A stretch of 64,000 nt of DNA from Eledone cirrhosa (Eukaryota): the NCBI GenBank assembly GCA_964016885.1, contig OZ024740.1:313472001-313536000 (forward strand). The letters run 5' to 3'. The notes under the pieces are model-generated. The model saw only the letters and a list, made by a program, of their open reading frames with translations, was not told the DNA's origin and made no database searches. Positions within the stretch are counted from its first letter, which is position 1, and every line of letters starts with the position of its first letter. Below are positions 25,228 through 37,700 of the stretch, one piece after another. The translations under genes were made by a program, and so were the position numbers.

Positions 25228-26050
25228 CTATCGCCCTTGGACGACTTCGGTGACGTGGAGAGGGGATACTGGCATGCATGGGCGAGACTGCTGCTCTTCG
25301 AAGGGGTAACTTTCTGGGTGCGGAACCGATGGTCATTCGTCACAGAAGTGTGTCCTTATACAGTATATATATACTGACAGGCATGCACAAACATGCAAAC
25401 ACGTACACATGTAAAGATATAAACAGATAGATAGGGATTTAAAAAACAGAGCGGAAGAGGAGAAAAACGGAGAGAAAGGTAGATAGATAATACTGACTTC
25501 TGACGTGAATGAAAACATTCTAGAACTATTTTGTTAAACTGTCACTGTCTAATTGCCATAAGCCCTCCCCAAATGTTGTAGCTCCGTCAGTTTTATCAGT
25601 TTTACGCTTTTTCTATCGTTTCCATTCTTTAAAAGATTTTGAGATCATCGGGGTGTAACGTTTCGAAAATAGTGCTTCTGAAAAGAAAATGTGAAATTTA
25701 CGATACATATTTTTTTTTTTAATAAACATATAGGTATGGATAACGAAAATCCCCTCATAATCAATGAGAAACGTTCGGAACTTTCTAGTTTAAGAAGGAA
25801 CAGTGGTGAAATCTCCATGACAAGCACGTCATTACATAATAGTTACCATTGAATGACGTCGATACTACACGCTTTTACTTTCATTTACGTTTCATGGTAG
25901 CCACAAGAGCATCTGTATCAACCACAGTAGCAGCGGCCACCCCCACAACCAGCACCACGACCACCACGACGAAAACAACCACCACCACCTCCATCACCAA
26001 CACCTTTACCACGTCGACCACCGCTGCCACTGCCAATGGTGTGCATGATA

Positions 26051-26189
26051 TACAGGGTGGGCCAGAATTCACGACTCGCTTGTCAGTTATATTTCTCAAC
26101 ATGCTTATTCTATTGTTATTGCATTGTTTTAATTTATTATTTTATTGCTTAATATTCTTAGTGAGTCATGAATTCTGGCCCACCCAGTA
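26051..26189. mobile_element. Tc1/mariner-type MITE
   Basis: TA-cagggtgggccagaattcacgactc ... gagtcatgaattctggcccacccag-TA. Confidence 0.8.
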
Positions 26190-26389
26190 TTTTCAACTTC
26201 TTCCCTTATTTTTATGAAGAATTCGCCTCCCGATAAAGAAACATGAATTCTTCCAGTATTGGTTATTCCAGTGTCTTGGAATTCCAGATACTGTATCTTG
26301 AGTTTCTGAAACCATGGGACTTAATGTAAGTTAAAATTGATTTTTCAAAACCGATTTGATTTGTACCCACCACCTAATGAGATTTTGGC

Positions 26390-26432
<43 letters not shown>

Positions 26433-26582
26433 TGAAGCTGGTGGTCACCACTGGATAGAGCTGGTTATTCCGTATAGTTAACCATGATGCAATATTAGAA
26501 AAAGCACTCAACGTAACGCAACTCAGTCATCTTTGATGTAAGGTTCTGTTGGTGGTGCGGGAACGGAGTTAATTATCATTGA

Positions 26583-26647
<65 letters not shown>

Positions 26648-28113
26648 CGTGTTTGTATGTAAAAAATACTTGTAAGTAATACATTTATGTCAAATCCTCA
26701 GTAGTCTTGAATAGTTTCATATTTGTCTGTAATACAGCTTGCTCCAGTTTATTAAATATTTACTCTCCAGAGGTTAGGTTATAAGCTGGAATTCTTAATA
26801 AACTTAATTAAAAGTGATTATTTATAATATTTTTTTTTTTAAGTAGGATTTTAATATTTACATTTATGCATACATTCCAACCCCTCATTGACAGAATTCA
26901 TATTTGAAGACTTCTTATAGGAAGCGATTCTTCCGAAAACGAAACCGTATTTAGCGCGTGTATATGTTTTTAAGAAGGAGTTATTCCATTCTAACCTCCC
27001 TTTCATCCTCATCTTACATAAATTTACATCTGTAATTACTTACATGGAACGGCAGGAGGGTTGTGAAATGGATCAGAGCGTGGGTGGGAACGATCATGGG
27101 AAAGTGATTAAAAAAAAAAAAAAAAAAAAAAGGAATCGATATACAGAGTATGAGGCTTACGTTTAGTTTCAGAAACTACGGAAGCACAGAAGAGATAATT
27201 ATGATCTAAACGTTTTATAACTTAGACTAGTTTGGACTTTTGTAATAGTGTGGATTCCACTAAAGGAACCCTGTGCCTAGGTGGCAGTGGTAGTGCATGT
27301 CGGATAAAATCAACTTGACCAAATCTACCTCATCCCATGCTATACTTACACGAGGAGTGGAACACATTGTTAATTAGTGTGATGTCACTATATACAGCTG
27401 TGGTCTTCTTCTTCTTCTTCTTCTTCTTCTTCTTCTTCTTCTTCTTCTTCTTCTTCTTCTGTCGAAGGTGAAGCATTCATTTCACACTTTCTAATGACTA
27501 GAATACACGTGGCTCGCCACATCTGCAATACTCAACGTTACCTACTTATATTAAGTAGAGTGAATCATTTAAAAATTATTTGTTTTAGCTACATACGAAG
27601 CAGTATTAGAATACACGTCGTCAATAATGTTTTTTTTATTTTTTTAAAGTTTTGTGACCACTGTTCTATCGATTCGAACTTTTTAGATCATATACACAGG
27701 TATGACCCCATAACTCCTGAGGTACTCGTAGCAGTGCCATATTGACATACGGCGTTTCTAGAGCATTTTTTACACCTGGTAGAACACAACTCTTCTCCAG
27801 GTCTGAATACAACAGATCTCTTCCAGAGAAGGATATAGAGAATGAGAGAATGGAAGCGAGAAGGCGATATAGAGGAAGAATTGACCTCAGTACTGAACTG
27901 GTGCTTTTTTACCGACCTTCAATTGATGAAAGGCAAAATTGACCTCCGCAGGATTTGCAATCAGAAAGTAGAGAGCCAAAACGAATACCGCTGAACATTT
28001 TATTCGGCTTTGTAACGACTCTGTCAATTCACCTCCTCTATACACATGTCTAAATATCTCATTTCTATTTTACGTGAGTGGAATGTTTCTCTAAATAACG
28101 ATTAAATTTCTTA

Positions 28114-28313
28114 TACGAGAGCGGCTGAAAAGTTCAGAGGCTGACCAAGATATTCTAATAGAATGACCAAATGAGGTTTATTTTTCAACATAGACCCTGG
28201 AAAGAAACAATACAGTTATTAATAAAACGAGTTAAAATTAATGAATGCAAGATTTCCCAGCTCTAGCATCCTCCTTCATAGTCACCCTTTAAACTTTTCA
28301 ACCGACCTCTGTA
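28114..28313. mobile_element. Mariner-derived MITE (same family as 42205-42566)
   Basis: Degenerate TIRs tacgag..gctgaaaagttc / aacttttcaaccgacc..gta; shared interior. Confidence 0.7.
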
Positions 28314-29126
28314 TATCACACACGTATGTGTGTGTTTGTGTGAGTGATGTTAAGGATTGGAACGTTGGCAGAGCTGAAATTAATGCATGCAAGATTTCAC
28401 ATCTCTAGCATCACTACTTCATCGTCAGCCTAAGAACGTTCTAGCCTACCATCGTAGATAGTTAGTAAATAAAATTGAAAACACCGAAACATGTTGCATG
28501 ACTTTCGACATAGTTAATTTCATTTATTAAAAACACTTAACTAAATTATCCATTTTGAATAGTATATCCTGCTGAAATAACACATTGCAATCATTATTTA
28601 AACTCTGTAACATTTATTAGGCAATTAAAAATACATTTGTTTAAATCTAAAATTAGTCAAATCACAAGCTATAACCACAGGCTGTAACTATGAACTAGCG
28701 AGCGAGTCTCTACGTGGTTGTTTGCTTCACCAGAAAGAGCAGCCATTTCTTCGTCATATACATCTCCTCCTGAAACACAGACGAATTCATAGTTCTAAAT
28801 ACATTATGTCTGAAAATAGTAAGGGGTGATAATGGCTGCAACGTCTTTGACAGTAATTGGCAACGACTACTGGCTATAACTACAGGCTGCCTAGTCTATA
28901 TTGAAGGATTGTCTTGGTGCCATTTTTTCCTACTGTAAACATGTTGAGTGCTACGAATATGGAACCTAATAGAGAACACTTTTGCCTTGTGGACAGCGAA
29001 AAAAGACCTCTGTTGTACAAGATACAAATAATTTCATCAGTGTGTTGACCGATATCGTGGATGGTTTTATTCTTGGGCTTATGTAAACAGAGTTTTTACG
29101 TCTGCCTACTTTGGTTTTATATATTA

Positions 29127-29756
29127 CTAGCAGTGGTACCCGGCGTTGCACGGGATAAGGTATTTTGGAACGCGGCCCGCCAACAGACCTAATCGTGGAA
29201 AAATTGCATGCCTGGACAATATGTAAAGAAAATAAACCGAATATTCTGATGGCTGGATAATCTTTAAGATTTTCCTCGATGAAGCAGGAAAAATGCAGGT
29301 TTTCACCTAATGCGGGCCCTAGGGGATCAAAACATATGAATTTTTTTAATGTGCATAATATGCCTTGAAATTTCGGGAAAATCGGCTAGACGTAATGCCT
29401 CAAAAAAGCCCTAAAAAGCTGAAAAAAAATGAAGTTTTTCACCTAACGCGGGCCCTAGGCCATAAAAAAGTTCGATTTTCTTTGCTCACGGTATGAAGAA
29501 GAGACTGACTAATACATAGTTACAATTTCAAGGAAATCGGCCTGACGTAACGCCTCAAAAAAAAAACATCTAACAACCTGAAAAAACGGAGTTTTTCACC
29601 TAATGCGGGCCTAGGGGATCAAAAAGTTGAATTTTATGTGCATAACACACTCTGAAACATAAGTAATACACATGTAAAGTTTGAAAACAGTCGGTTGGGT
29701 ACTTCTCAAGTTTTAGGGATTCAAACTCACAGGACCCCCCCCCCCACACACACTCA

Positions 29757-29787
<31 letters not shown>

Positions 29788-29834
29788 CCACACACACACA
29801 CAAAGACAAACATCCTCAGTTTTATATATATAGA
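29127..29834 (-). mobile_element. Non-autonomous Helitron, complete ends
   Basis: rc 5' A|TCTATATATA, 3' hairpin cccgtgcaacgccggg then CTAG|T; internal ~140-bp subrepeats. Confidence 0.85.
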
Positions 29835-29907
29835 TATCTAGAAACTTTTTGGTTAACCATATTGGTGATTACTGTTTGATAATTCTTTGGCCATCCTATG
29901 CACTGGA

Positions 29908-29985
<78 letters not shown>

Positions 29986-30294
29986 GTATAAGTGTGTGTG
30001 TGTATATATGTCAGGTCGCTCTTCAGCGCTACTGGTAACATGTAACCAAGTACAACCTGTGTATGGTAGACTAAACCGGCAACCCCACTAAGCTTGCTTA
30101 GTGAGGAGGGTGACTTTCGACACCCTGCATGCATGATATTACTGGCCGTAGGTAACTCCCTAGCAAGACTAATAAGCCACGTTCGTGTTGCTCGTGCTTA
30201 AGTATCAAGCGATGGAATTACTCGAAACCAAGTTGCAGCCATCATATATATATATATAGTGCAAATTTGGACGGGAACAAAACAGAGAGGCATC

Positions 30295-30394
<100 letters not shown>

Positions 30395-30664
30395 AGATAT
30401 TAAGGGCCGGGTCTGTTGTTTGTTTCTGTAGCTTTACATGTCCATAGATAGCCGTATAAACTAAAGTGAATTCTCTTCCAATCAGGATGAAATAAAGGGC
30501 TCATATTGTATGCTTATTGCTGTAGTTGGGATTGAAATTTAGATCCTTATTTATCGCTGGTAAACTGTGCTTCAAAATCATATGCCAGATCACGTGATTG
30601 AGCTCAAAAAGGCTGAAGTGTTTGATAGTAACTGAGGGATGACTCCGTTGTTATTAGCTTTCAT

Positions 30665-31425
30665 GGATTGGCAGTATTGGTAGAGGGTCGGACGCCATGG
30701 TTTGACGCATAGAGTTACGGCCCTTGCCATTCTGAGTTCAAATCCCGCTGAGGTTAACTTTGCCTTTCATCCTTATGGGGTGATAAAATAAAGTACCAGT
30801 AATACACTGGGGTAATTGCTGGCCTTGTGCTAAAAGTAGAAACAATTATTATTTCTTATTGCAGTATAGGTAGAGTTACGGCTCTTTATGATCTGAGTTC
30901 AAATCCGCCGAAGTTAACGTTGCCTTTCATCCTTATGGGGTCGATAAAATAAAGTACCAGTCACGCACTGGGGACGATTTAATCGACTTTCCCCTCCCCC
31001 CAAATTACTGGCCTTGTGCCTATATAAGAAACCATTATTATGATGTGGATTGGCAGTATCGGTAGAGGGTCGGACGCCATGCTTTGACGCATAGAGTTAC
31101 GGCCCTTGCCATTCAGAGTTCAAATGCCGCCGAGGTTAACTTTGCCTTTCATCCTTACAGAGTCGATAAAATAAAGTACCAGTAATGTACTGGATAATTG
31201 CTGGCCTTGTGCCAAAAGTAGAAACAATTATTATGAGAGCTAGTTGTTGGTGATTTGGCAGAATCAGTATAGCACTGTGGCCCCTTACGTTCTAAATTCA
31301 AATCCCGCCTTTAATCTTTACACGGTCGATAAAATAAAGTACCAGTAATGCACTGGGTCGATTTAATCATCTTTGCCCCTTCCCTTCAAATTGCTGTCTT
31401 TGTGCCAAATATAGAAGTAATTATC
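30665..31425 (+). mobile_element. Cluster of four head-to-tail tRNA-SINE copies
   Basis: Repeated B-box and core at ~30665, 30870, 31046, 31255. Confidence 0.8.
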
Positions 31426-31455
31426 ATGAGCGCTAACTTCGTGATTCTTGTAATT

Positions 31456-31608
31456 GGCATAGTCAATATCTCGGCATAGTCAGTATCTCGGCATAGTCAA
31501 TATCTCGGCATAGTCAATATCTCGGCATAGTCAGTATCTCGGCATAGTCAATATCTCGGCATAGTCAATATCTCGGCATAGTCAATATCTCGGCATAGTC
31601 AATATCTC
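31456..31608. repeat. 17-bp minisatellite, 9 copies (ggcatagtcaatatctc)
   Basis: Direct reading. Confidence 0.95.
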
Positions 31609-31639
31609 CATGCAAAAAGTGAAGTGGAACCATACTTAC

Positions 31640-31695
31640 CTGTCCAGTTTCATTTGGAAGCTTAGATTTCAGAAGCATGACTACCCTGCCATAAC
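31640..31695 (-). other. Candidate 56-nt host exon
   Basis: rc ttcag|GTTATG..GGACAG|gtaagtatg; one open frame YGRVVMLLKSKLPNETGQ. Confidence 0.35.
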
Positions 31696-32187
31696 CTGAA
31701 ATATTGACAGTTTCCTATAATCCAGTGAATGCCAGAGTTGCGGGATCTGTCTGTCTACAAAGCTGCTCATTTTGTTTTTGCCCGTAGTATCTCTCAACAA
31801 GAAATATGGATTTATTTCGTTCTGATATATCAGATGAGCCTTTAAGTAGGTTAGTTAAGGTATGTAGATGGTTTAGACCACGTGTATTAAGTGATGAATG
31901 ATACAGATAATCTACAAACATTCTTTAGCATATATAATCAACCTTGAATACAGAGGTTTACCTGTTATCAAGTCAAATTGCAGTATCATATAATAATTAG
32001 GTCAGTCATACGAGAAAAATAAACAAGTTGAAGAAATTGTCAAATACATAAGACAAAACGTTCATGGAATTTTAACAAATAAAGATAAGAGAGTGTCCCA
32101 GTTAAATTTGAGGTGAATCCGTTAGTCGTTTAAAAAAAACTCGAGTTCATTTGAACATTTTTAGTGCACTCGATTCTTCGAAGCAGA

Positions 32188-32282
32188 GACGTATCTGAGG
32201 ACGTTGCGATTTCAGAGTCAGGTTCGATCATTGGATCGATCGTGCCTTGAGCTGGTTGCCAGAGAAACGATTGTAATATGTC
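32188..32282 (+). ncRNA. Hammerhead ribozyme with long (~60 nt) stem II
   Basis: gacgtat CTGAGGA [imperfect extended hairpin, apical tcgatc-attg-gatcga] GAAA cgatt GTA atatgtc; 7-bp stem I. Confidence 0.65.
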
Positions 32283-32403
32283 TAAAACAGTTTATTCGTC
32301 GCACCACTGATTCTCAGTTTCTTATGTGATATTATACTCTGCTCTGTAAAAGCATCGAGTGCTCAAACGGCCTACCGCATACAGACGCTTTAAGCATCCC
32401 ACA

Positions 32404-32490
<87 letters not shown>

Positions 32491-32519
32491 AAAAGGTAAA
32501 CAGAAATAACAACACAATC

Positions 32520-33838
32520 GGTACAGTATATGGAAGGGATATATTACATTAACGCTTGCTATAGCAGGAAGAGGGTCTTAAAACGTTTGGGACACTAGTC
32601 CTTCATCAGAAGAAAGAATGAGAAATAAGATAGATTCGGAGGACGGGCGAGATGTAATTGGAAAAAATGTCTTTAGATAAAAATAACAGGTCCATTCATG
32701 TTGACATCTCTTGCAAAACCATTTTGTAAAAAGAGCTATACTTGTGCACGTGCGTAAGCATCTGTGTGTGTGTATGTGTGTGTGTGTTATTATACGTCCG
32801 TACGAAGCTAAGAAGAAAAGTGTGTGTATATGTGAGTAAAAGAGTGTGTGTGCATGTAAGTACGAAGCTATGAGGAAAAGTATGTTAATATAAGGGTGTG
32901 TATGTGTGTATACAGAGCAGTGAAGGGAAAAGAGGAATGAACATATATAGTCGGCATGTATTAGTTGTAAGAGAAGCTGCTAATGATCAAGAGAAAGCGA
33001 TAGGAATCTAGGCGTGTGATAATGGACGGAGTATTAGAGATATTGGGCAGGTGAGTTGAGTCCAAGAGGGGAATAGGACCCAAGGCGTTGAATCAGACTT
33101 TGTTCAGTCCTGGTGCACGAGGCCTGTGATCCATGATGTAAAAAAAGGTCACCCAGGACTGAAACATGTAGGGAAGAATGACCAGGAGAACAGAAATGAC
33201 GGGTGACAGGAGTATCCAAACCGAGTCGTATGTCCCTCAAATGTTCGGCAAAATGGTCCGCCATACGGCGTCCCGTTTGTCCGATATATAAAGACCCGCA
33301 AAGGGAACACCGGAGGGCATAGACAACGTGGGTGGATGTGCAGGTGAAGGAATGGCGGGGACGGAAAGACCCGTTAGGGCCTGTAAGAGTGGTGAGGGTG
33401 GAAATAAAGGGACTAGTGTTGTAGCGGGAACGGGAACAAGGATGAGAGCCGGGTGGAGTCGTGGGAGAGGACGAAAAGGAACTGCGAACCAGGAGGTCGC
33501 AGAGGTTGCGGGCGCGCTTAAAATCAGTAATGGGTGGATTTGGAAAAAAGCGAGAAGTGACGGTGTCAGAAGAGAGGATACGGAAGGAACGGAGGATATG
33601 TCGCCAGAGTAGTAGGGTGATGGGGAGGTAGGTGAGAGGGAAAAGAACACGGGTGTTGGGAGTGCGGGGGTGAGGTGAGAGGGTTGTGGTGCGGTCTGTT
33701 TCGCGGGCGCGAGTGAGAGCAGCTTGGATCAGGGTGGGGGGATATCGACGCTGGATGAAGCAGGAAGCCATGCGAAGGGAATGGGTTTCGAAATCGTCGT
33801 CCTGGCTACAGAGTCGACGAAGACGGAGGAATTGGGAA
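32520..33838 (-). mobile_element. 5'-truncated Neptune-like PLE with degenerate HHR at 32576-32613
   Basis: QFLRLRRLCS thumb, GIY-YIG; rc tctt CTGATGA aggac-tagt-gtcc cAAA cgtt. Confidence 0.85.
33034..33838 (-). pseudogene. PLE RT-thumb and GIY-YIG endonuclease fragment
   Basis: RRYP..I, KRARNLCDLLVRS, FTCTSTHVVYALRCSLCGSLYIGQTGR..HLRDIR, HF, EQ..PLGLN. Confidence 0.85.
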
Positions 33839-33849
33839 TATATATATGC

Positions 33850-33891
<42 letters not shown>

Positions 33892-33896
<5 letters not shown>

Positions 33897-34283
33897 AATA
33901 ACGGAGCTGCGGCGTTGCAAATGGGTTACATATGAAAAAGTAAGTCCTTCGTCAGTGGCCTTCCAACCATCCTAGGCATTTCATCACTTTAAAGACCATA
34001 TGCCTCAGGTTGGTGCGAACAACGGCTAAAAAAAGTCGTTGGGACACGTAAATAAAGGGGACGCTAGGGTGAACAAACAAAATGGTTTAAGCAACATAAA
34101 GTGAGAAGAAAGAGACAAGTCCCAGATTTCTATGAATATAAACTCGGTGAAATTGTGAACGAGAGACGAAAGACCATCAAACCTGGTTGAAATGTGAGCA
34201 AGGAAGGAATTTCGCACAGGTCTAACGGGAGGAAGAAGGGGTCTGGTCTGCGAATTCGGTAAACATAAGTTCTGTGTAGTCGC

Positions 34284-34343
<60 letters not shown>

Positions 34344-34778
34344 AAAAATTCATACCGGCTTGGCCAAGAGATCGCGAGAAAAGAATTCGGACAGGTCAAA
34401 CGGGAAGAAAGAGGAGGAGGAGGAGAGGTGGTGACAGAGAATGAGTGAGTGAAAGTTGAGGAAGAGGCTAACAGAGAGAGAGAGAGACTGCTAGAAAGGG
34501 TAAAGATACAAAGAAAGAAACAGACGGGTGGCAGCAGAGGAAAAAACGTATGTGTAAATATGATAATAATGGAGCTGCGGCGTTGCAAATGGGTTACATA
34601 TGAAAAAGTATGTCCTTCGTCAGTGGCCTTCCTACCGTCCTAGGCATTTCATCACTTTAAAGACCATATGCCTCAGGTTGGTGCGAACAACGGCTAAAAA
34701 AAGTCGTTGGGACACGTAAATAAAGGGGACGCTAGGGTGAACAAACAAAATGGTTTAAGCAACAGAAAGTGAGAAGAA
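33892..34778. mobile_element. Non-coding element with 219-bp direct repeats (period 668 bp)
   Basis: 33892-34110 approximately equals 34560-34778; (GA)n inside; abuts (TA)n. Confidence 0.7.
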
Positions 34779-34787
34779 TTCATATGT

Positions 34788-37700
34788 TAAAATACAAACA
34801 GTACACTCAGTAAAGTGGTACTGCTGGTGTCACAATAAAATACAAACAGTACACTCAGTAAAGTGGTACTGCTGGTGTCACAATAAAATACAAACAGTAC
34901 ACTCAGTAACGTGGTAGTGTTGGTGTCACAATAAAATACAAACAGTACACTCAGTAAAGTGGTACTGCTGGTGTCACAATAAAATACAAACAGTACACTC
35001 AGTAAAGTGGTACTGCTGGTGTCACAATAAAATACAAACAGTACACTCAGTAAAGTGGTACTGCTGGTGTCACAATAAAATACAAACAGTACACTCAGTA
35101 AAGTGGTAGTGTTGGTGTCACAATAAAATACAAACAGTACACTCAGTAAAGTGGTACTGCTGGTGTCACAATAAAATACAAACAGTACACTCACTAAAGT
35201 GGTACTGCTGGTGTCACAATAAAATACAAACAGTACACTCAGTAAAGTGGTACTACTGGTGTCACAATAAAATACAAACAGTACACTCAGTAAAGTGGTA
35301 CTGCTGGTGTCACAATAAAATACAAACAGTACACTCAGTAAAGTGGTAGTGTTGGTGTCACAATAAAATACAAACAGTACACTCAGTAAAGTGGTACTGC
35401 TGGTGTCACAATAAAATACAAACAGTACACTCAGTAAAGTGGTACTGCTGGTGTCACAATAAAATACAAACAGTACACTCAGTAAAGTGGTAGTGTTGGT
35501 GTCACAATAAAATACAAACAGTACACTCAGTAAAGTGGTATTGCTGGTGTCACAATAAAATACAAACAGTACACTCAGTAAAGTGGTAGTGTTGGTGTCA
35601 TAATAAAATACAAACAGTACACTCAGTAACGTGGTAGTGTTGGTGTCACAATAAAATACAAACAGTACACTCAGTAAAGTGGTACTGCTGGTGTCACAAT
35701 AAAATACAAACAGTACACTCAGTAAAGTGGTACTGCTGGTGTCACAATAAAATACAAACAGTACACTCAGTAAAGTGGTACTGCTGGTGTCACAATAAAA
35801 TACAAACAGTACACTCAGTAAAGTGGTAGTGTTGGTGTCACAATAAAATACAAACAGTACACTCAGTAAAGTGGTACTGCTGGTGTCACAATAAAATACA
35901 AACAGTACACTCACTAAAGTGGTACTGCTGGTGTCACAATAAAATACAAACAGTACACTCAGTAAAGTGGTACTGCTGGTGTCACAATAAAATACAAACA
36001 GTACACTCAGTAAAGTGGTACTGCTGGTGTCACAATAAAATACAAACAGTACACTCAGTAAAGTGGCAGTGTTGGTGTCACAATAAAATACAAACAGTAC
36101 ACTCAGTAAAGTGGTATTGCTGGTGTCACAATAAAATACAAACAGTACACTCAGTAAAGTGGTAGTGTTGGTGTCATAATAAAATACAAACAGTACACTC
36201 AGTAAAGTGGTACTGCTGGTGTCACAATAAAATACAAACAGTACACTCAGTAAAGTGGTACTGCTGGTGTCACAATAAAATACAAACAGTACACTCAGTA
36301 AAGTGGTACTGCTGGTGTCACAATAAAATACAAACAGTACACTCAGTAAAGTGGTACTGCTGGTGTCACAATAAAATATAAACAGTACACTCCGTAAAGT
36401 GGTAGTGCTGGTGTCACAATAAAATACAAACAGTACACTCAGTAAAGTGGTACTGCTGGTGCACAATAAAATACAAACACTACACTCAGTATAGTGGTAG
36501 TGCTGATGTCACAATAAAATACAAACAGTACACTCAGTAAAGTGGTACTGTTGGTGTCACAATAAAATATAAACAGTAAACTGAGTAAAGTGGTATTGCT
36601 GGTGTCACAATAAAATATAAACATTACACTCAGTAAAGTGGTACTGCTGGTGTCACAATAAAATACAAACAGTACACTCAGTAAAGTGGTACTGCTGGTG
36701 TCACAATAAAATACAAACACTATACTCAGTAAAGTGGTACTGCTGGTGTCACAATAAAATACAAACAGTACACTCAGTAAAATGGTAGTGCTGGTGTCAC
36801 AATAAAATACAAACAGTACACTCAGTAAAGTGGTACTGCTGGTGTCACAATAAAATACAAACAGTACACTCAGTAAAGTGGTAGTGCTGGTGTCACAATA
36901 AAATATAAACAGTACACTCAGTAAAGTGGTACTGCTGGTGTCACAATAAAATACAAACAGTACACTCAGTAAAGTGGTAGTGCTGGTATCACAATAAAAT
37001 ATAAACAGTACACTCAGTAAAGTGGTACTGCTGGTGTCACAATAAAATACAAACAGTACACTCAGTAAAGTGGTACTGCTGGTGTCACAATAAAATACAA
37101 ACAGTACACTCAGTAAAGTGGTAGTGCTGGCGTCACGATAAAATACAAACAGTACACTCAGTAAAGTGGTACTGCTGGTGTCACAATAAAATACACCCAG
37201 TACACTCAGTAAAGTGGTAGTGCTGGTGTCACAATACAATATAAACAGTACACTCAGTAAAGTGGCACTGCTGGTGTCACAATAAAATATAAACAGTACA
37301 CTCAGTAAAGTGGTAGTGCTGGTGTCACAATAAAATACACCCAGTACACTCAGTAAAGTGGTAGTGCTGGTGTCACAATAAAATACAAACAGTACACTCA
37401 GTAAAGTGGTAGTGCTGGTGTCACAATAAAATACAAACAGTACACTCAGTAAAGTGGTAGTGCTGGCGTCACAATAAAATACAAACAGTACACTCAGTAA
37501 AGTGGTAGTGCTGGTGTCACAATAAAATACAAACAGTACACTCAGTAAAGTGGTACTGCTGGTGTCACAATAAAATACAAACAGTACACTCAGTAAAGTG
37601 GTACTGCTGGTGTCACAATAAAATACAAACAGTACACTCAGTAACGTGGTAGTGTTGGTGTCACAATAAAATACAAACAGTACACTCAGTAAAGTGGTAC

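Noticed and set aside
30665-30760. tRNA genes at SINE heads
   Set aside because: A/B boxes are present but there is no cloverleaf; repeated SINE body follows
33925-33962. CTGACGA plus hairpin on the minus strand as a hammerhead
   Set aside because: No properly placed GAAA, NUH site or stem I partner
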